From: Chrysemys picta bellii
Taxonomy: Eukaryota
Length of the DNA: 64,000 bases
Direction of reading: 5' to 3'
Assembly: GCF_011386835.1 (NCBI RefSeq)
Contig: NC_088810.1
Span: 22,754,001-22,818,000 of the forward strand
Below, piece after piece: positions 57,925 through 64,000 of the stretch (positions are counted from its first letter, which is position 1; the number at the start of each line of letters is the position of its first letter). Both the position numbers and the translations under genes were made by a program. The notes under the pieces were generated by a model. That model ran no database searches. It was not told where the DNA came from and saw only the letters and a program-made list of their open reading frames with translations.

Positions 57925-60900
57925 GGTCTACACTACGAGTTTAGGTTGAATTTAGCAGCGTTAGATCGATTTAACTCTGCACCCCTCCACACAACAAAGC
58001 CATTTTTGTCTACTTAATGGGGTCTTAAAATCGATTTCTGTCCTCCTCCCCCGATGAGGGGATTAGCACTGAAATCTACATCGACGGGTTGAATTTGGGT
58101 TATTGTGGACATAATTTGACAGTATTGGCCTCCGGGAGCTATCCCAGAGTGCTCCATTGTGACCGCTCTGGACAGCACTCTCAACTCAGATGCATTGGGC
58201 AGGTAGACAGGAAATCCCCGGCAAACATTTGAATTTTATTTCTGTTTGGCCAGCGTGGCAAGCTGATCAGCACAGGTGACCATGCGGAGATCATCAGCAG
58301 AGGTGACCATGGAGTCCCAGAATCACAAAGGAGCTCCAGCATGGACCGAACGGGAGGTACTGGATCTGATCGCTGTATGGGGAAATGAATCCATGCTATC
58401 AGATCTCCGTTCCAAAAGACGAAATGCCAAAATATTTGAAAAAATCTCCAAGGGCATGAAGGACAGAGGCTATAACCGGGACCTCCAGCAGTGCCGCATG
58501 AAACTTAAGGAGCTCAGGCAAGCCTACCAAAAAAACAAAAAGACATGCCGCTTCTATCATGAGCTGCATGCAATTCTAGGGGGTGCCCCTACAACGACCC
58601 CACCCCTGGACATGGACTCCTGCAAGGGCATCTGACGCAACAGGGATGAGGATTTTGGGGAGAAGGAAGATGCGGAGGAAGAGGAGGTTGAAGTTAGTAC
58701 ACAGCAGGTAAGTGGAGAAACCGTTCTCCCCGACAGCCAGGAACTGTTTATCACCCTGGAGACATTACCCTCCCAACCCGGGCTCACGGATATTGAAGGC
58801 AGAGAAGGCCCCTCTGGTGACTGTACCTTTGTAAATATAATACATAGTTTAAAAGCAAGAGTGTTTAATGATTATTTGCCCTGAAGACTTGGGATGTATT
58901 TGCCGCCAGTAAAGATACTGGAATGCAGTCAAGCAACATCCGTTCTTTATCTCTCTCAGGAGAGTGATATCATTCATGGTCACCAGATTGAAATAGAGGA
59001 ATTTTATTAAGGGGACATTTAGGGGTGGCCATTCCTGCTGGGCTCTGTGCCTGTGGCTGAGAAGAAATCATCCCCGCTGTTAGCCACATGGTGCGGGGAG
59101 TTGTGAAGCAATCATCCCAGAGAATTGGGTGTGAGGGGCGGTTTAGTTGGGTTTGTGCTGCACGTTAACCCAAAAACCGCAGCCCCTCCTTTCAAATGGC
59201 CAACCTATTTTAAATGGTCAACCCAACTCTCCCTTTTTTCCTCCTGCAGCTGCAAATGTTTCAACGCTACCACTATCATCTCCGTCCCAGAGGCTCGCAC
59301 TGATAAGAAGGCGAAAAAAAACGCACTCGCGATGAAATGTTCTCTGAGCTCATGCAGTCCTCCCGCACTGAAAGAGCTCAGCAAAATGCGTGGAGGCAGA
59401 CAATGTCAGAGTACAGGAAAGCACAAAATGAACGCAAGGACAGGTGGCGGGAGCAGGAGGAGAGGTTGCATCAGTGTGATGAGAGGAGGCAGGAAGTAAT
59501 GCTGAGGCTAATGGAGGATCAAACTGATATGCTCCAGCGTATGGTTGAGGTGCAGGAAAGGCAGCAGGAGCACAGACCGCCGCTGCAGCACCTGTGTAAC
59601 CAACCGCCCTCCTCCCCAAGTTCCATAGCCTCCTCACCCAGACGCCCAAGAACACAGGGTGGGAGGGGGCCTCCGGACTCCAACCACTCCACGGTGATCG
59701 AAGGGGGTAGGGGAGGGCGGTTGGCTTACAGGGAAGTAGAGTGAACCAAGGGGGCGGGTTTTCAACAAAGAGAAACAAACAGAACTTTCACACTGTAGCC
59801 TGGCCAGTCATGAAATTGGTTTTCAAAGCTTCTCTGATGTGCAGCACGCCCTGCTGTGCTCTTCTAACTGCCCTGATGTCGGGCTGCGCGTAATCAGTGG
59901 TGAAGCAATTTGCCTCTACCACCCACCCCGCCATAAACGTCTCCCTCTTACTCTCACAAATATTGTGGAGCACACAGCAAGCCATAATATGTACTGGTTG
60001 GCAAGGTGGTCCAGTGCCAAGATAGGAATATGAGTTCCGTCTATCACCCCACCACAGTTAGGGAATCCCATTGCAGCAAAGCCATCCACTATGACCTGCA
60101 CATTTCCCAGAGTCACTACCCTTGATAGCAGAATGTCAGTGATTGCATTGGCTACTTGAATCACAGCAGTCCCCACAGTTGATTTGCCCACTCCAAATTG
60201 ATTCCCGACTGACCGGTAGCAGTCTGGCATTGCAAGCTTCCACGTGGATATGGCCACTCACTTCTCAACAGTCAGGGTAGCTCTCATCTTGGTATTCCGG
60301 CACTTCAGGGTGGGGGAAAGCAACTCATAGAGTTCCAGGAAAGTGGCCTTACGCATGCGAAAGTTTCACAGCCACTGGGAAACATCCCATACCTGCAACA
60401 CTATGCGGTCCCACCAGTCTGTGCTTGTTTGCCAGGACCTGAATCGGCGTTCCGCTGTATCAATCAGCCCCACTGCCGCCATGATGTCCCAATTGCCACA
60501 GCCCGTGCTTTCAGGAACATCTGTGTCCAGGTCCTCATCACAATCGTCCTCGTGCTGCCGTCTCTTGGTCAGGTTCTGCACATACTGCAGTATAATGCGT
60601 GAGGTGTTTACAATGCTTGCAACAGCAGCGGTGAGCTGGGCTCCCTACTTGCCATGCTATGGCATCTGCACGGGTAACCCAGACAAAAAGGCGACTAATG
60701 ATTGTCTGGAGTTGCTTTCATGAAGGGAGGGAGGGAGGGAGTGGAGAGTGACGACATGTACCCAATACCACCTGCGATAATGTTTTTGCCCCATCAGGCA
60801 TTGGAAGCTTAACCCATAATTTCAATGGGCAGCAGAGACAGCGGGAACTGTGGGATAGCTTCCCACAGTGCACCGCTCCGTGAGTCGATGCTAGTCACAG

Positions 60901-61023
60901 TAGTGAGGATGCACTCCACTGACTTAATGCGCTTAGTCAGGACATACACAACTGACTGTATAAAATCGATTTCTAAAAAGCAATTTCTATAAAATTGACC
61001 TAATTTGTAGTGTAGACATACCC
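57925..61023. mobile_element. Old Harbinger (3.1 kb), degenerate Myb (+) and internally deleted transposase (-)
   Basis: Myb remnant from ATG 58309 and exon 2 at ~59230-59700. Transposase remnants at ~59775-60660 (GGVIDGTHI present; the later D/E region is deleted). Right TIR TAGTGTAGACATACCC followed by TTA. Confidence 0.9.
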
Positions 61024-61026
61024 TTA

Positions 61027-62524
61027 GACAATTCAGATGTCTTCAAGTTACCAGGGCCTGATGAAATATATTCTAGAATACTCAAGGAGCTGACTGAGTT
61101 GGTATCTGAGCCATTTGTGATCATCTTCGACAAATTACAGAAGATGGGAGAGATTCCAGAGGACTAGGAAAGGCCAAATATAGTACCCAGGTATACAAAG
61201 GGAAATAAGCATCACCCGGAGAATTACAGACCAGTCTGCTTAACTTCAGTACTCAGAAAAATAATGGAGCAAATAAGTAAGGAATCTATTTGCAAACACC
61301 TAGACGATAACAAGCTGATAAGTGGAAGTCAGCATGGAGCTTTCCAGAACAAATCATGTCAAATCAAACTAACATCTTTCTTTGACAGGGTAGGGGGAAG
61401 CAGTAGACCTAGTATATCTTGATTTAGTAAGTCTTTTGATAATGTCTTGCATGACCTTTTCATAAACAAATTAGGGAAATACAACCTAGATGGAGCTACT
61501 ATAAGATGGGTGCATAACTGGTTGGAAAACCGTTCCCAGAGAGTAGCTATCAGTGATTCACAGTCATGCTGGAAGGGCATAATGAGTGGGGTCCTACAGA
61601 GATCAGTTCTTGGTCCAGTTCTGTTCAATATCTTCATCAATGATTTAGACAATGGTATAGAGAGTAAACATATAAAATTTGCGGATGATATCCACCTGGG
61701 AGGGCTTGCAAGTGCTTTGGAGGATAGGATTAAAATTCAAAATGATCTGGAAAAACTGAAGAAATGGTCTGAAGTAAATAACATGAAATTTAATAAGGAC
61801 AAATGCAAAGTACTCAATTTAGGAAGGAACAATCTGTTGCACACATACAAAATGGGAAATGACTGCCTCAGACAGTCTGACTGCCTACTGAAGAATGGAA
61901 TCTAGGGATCATAGTGGATCACAAGCTAGATTAAAAAAACCAATCATCAGTCTGGAATGTAATATCAGGAGTGTTGTAAGCAAGAAATGCTGATTAGGCC
62001 TCAACTAGAGTATTGTGTCCAGTTCTGGGCGCCGCATTTCAGGAACGATATGGGCAAGATGGAGAAAGTCCGGAGAAGAGCAACAAAAATGATTACAAGA
62101 CTAGAAAACATGACCTATAAGGGAACATTGCAGAAATTGGGCTTGTATACTCTGGAGAAGAGAAGACTGAGAGGGGACATGATAATAGTTTTCAAGCACA
62201 TAAAAGATTGTTAGAAGGAGGAGGGAGAAAACTTGTTCTCCTTAACCTCTGAGGATAGAACGAGAAGCAATGGTCTTAGATTGCAGATGGGGCGATTGAG
62301 TTTGGACATTAGGAAATACTCCCTAACTGCGAGGGTGGTTAAGCACTGGAATAAATTGCCCAGGGAGGTTGTGGAATCTCCGTCAATAGAGATCTTTAAG
62401 AGCAGGTTAGACAAACACCTGTCAGGGATGGTCTAAATAAAACTTAGTCCTGCCATGAGTGCAGGGGACTGTACTAGATGACCTCCTAAGCTCCCTTCCA
62501 GTCCTACATTTTTTTGAGTCTACG
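61027..62524 (+). mobile_element. CR1 LINE (unit 4)
   Basis: ORF remnants 61447..61905, 61987..62214 and 62233..62436. Confidence 0.92.
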
Positions 62525-64000
62525 ACTGAGCGGATGTTTTCAGAAAACTCTCCACAATAACTCCAAGACCTTTCTTGAGTGGCAACATGTGGTGACGAAG
62601 CAGGAAAGGAAACAGAACACCAGGTCTGTGGTAGCCGAAAAGCCCCTCTACCTCCAGGAACTTTTCCTGGGGCTTTTATTCTTTACTTACTTTGTTTACA
62701 ACACTTCTTAGTGGTTACATTCCTGCGCATAAAAAGGCCAGGCAGTATACATGCACATAAGATAACAAACCCATCTCTTGAGCTGTGAGGAAACAATCAA
62801 ATCAGCCAAATAAGTTTCCCAAACATAGGCGCTAGAACAAGCTCACTCCTGCCTCATTGCCAAGGGAACAGTTTGCCGTTCTTCAAGGCTTGTGATTAGG
62901 GAGCAACACATTCCTACATCAACAACTAAATCAGACCCCATCCTTGTTAGTGTATAATTGAGATTATATTTTCCAATCTGTATTACTTTGCATTTGTCAA
63001 CTTGAAATTCTACTACCATTTTCTTCCCCAGTCACCCAGTTTTGTAAGATCTCTTTGTAACTCTTTGCAGTACGCTTTGCACTTAACTATCATAAGTATT
63101 TTGTGTGGTCTGCAAACTTGGCCAATTCAAAGTTTACCTCTTTTTCCAGATCATTTATGAATACATTGAAGAGCACTGGTCCCAGTACAACGCCTTGAGG
63201 GAGCCCACTGTTTACCTCTTTCCACTTTGAAAACTAAAAGTTTCCTTTCTTCCCCTTTCCCATTATATATTAACCGGTTACTGATCCATGAGAGAACCTT
63301 CCCTCTTACCCCGTAACTCCTTAGTTTGTTTAAGAGCCTTTGGTGTGGGAGTTTGTCAAAGTCTTTTTGAAAGTCCAACTACACATTCTCCACTGGATCA
63401 CCCTTGTCCATATATTTGTGGACTGATTCAAAGAATTCTAATGATTAGTAAGCCATGACTTCCCTTCACAAAAGCCATATTGACTCTTCCCCAGCGTATC
63501 ATGGTCCTCTATATGGCTGATAATTCTGATCTTTACTACAGTTTCAACCAATTTACCTTGTACTGAACTTGAGACATTTTTAAAAATCGGCGTCATATTA
63601 GTTATCTGCCAATCATCGGATAGAGAGGCTGCTGTAAGCGATAGACTTCTTACCAGTTAGTAGTTAGGCAATTTCATATTTGAGTTCTTTCTGAACTCTT
63701 GGGTGAATACCATCTGGTCCTGGAGACTTATTACGATTTAATATATGAGTTTGTGCTATTGTCCTGGTTATATGTCCAGCACAGTATTGTAACCCAGAAG
63801 GTCTCTTTCTAAGGCCATTGAAGAGATTGGAGAGACTTTCATACAGTTCCAAAGGGTGTTGGCTCAAACACAAAGTGTACAGCTAAGGGTGAGAATGTAC
63901 ACCTGCCGAATAATGTCTTGCACCCCACAAGAATTCCACCTTGCTGCTAATTAGATACTAGTCGAGATTTAAAGAACAACACGGAATCCTGCACATCCCA
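62525..64000 (+). repeat. Start of tandem array unit 5 (runs off the window)
   Basis: Same junction and CR1(-)/5' flank sequence as the other units, most similar to unit 4. Confidence 0.9.
62588..62918 (-). mobile_element. Short solo LTR-like insertion (331 bp), unique to unit 5
   Basis: Absent at this site in the other units. TG..CA ends (TGTGG../..CTACA), flanks GCAACA / TCAACA (5 of 6 bp match), AATAAA on the minus strand at ~62675-62680. Confidence 0.6.

Larger units (their letters stand above)
51606..62524 (+). repeat. Tandem array unit 4 (10.9 kb)
   Basis: Same start junction and module order as the other units. Contains the longest old Harbinger. Confidence 0.92.

Overview
This is eukaryotic, gene-poor, repeat-rich DNA, most likely turtle epidermal differentiation complex; the species assignment is inferred from the protein and repeat families. 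Bases ~17,294-64,000 form a head-to-tail array of a ~10 kb unit (four complete units plus the start of a fifth). Each unit carries one two-exon corneous beta-protein (CBP, beta-keratin) gene, CR1 LINE fragments, a solo LTR and an eroded old Harbinger transposon. Three CBP copies are intact (29659, 42845, 54040) and the first (19988) has two disabling lesions. Bases 1-17 kb hold relics of two minus-strand CBP genes, CR1s, MITEs and Penelope-like fold-back fragments with hammerhead-ribozyme-like cores. Two copies of a younger PIF/Harbinger family sit in units 2 and 3. The main new observation is an apparent third Harbinger gene, in addition to the canonical transposase and Myb/SANT genes. It is a terminal exon with its own acceptor, stop and poly(A) signal, nested antisense in the Myb intron, and it encodes a BEN-like domain. 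A remnant of it survives in the older Harbinger subfamily, and it could splice in frame to the transposase N-terminus. All domain calls were made by eye; no database search was run.
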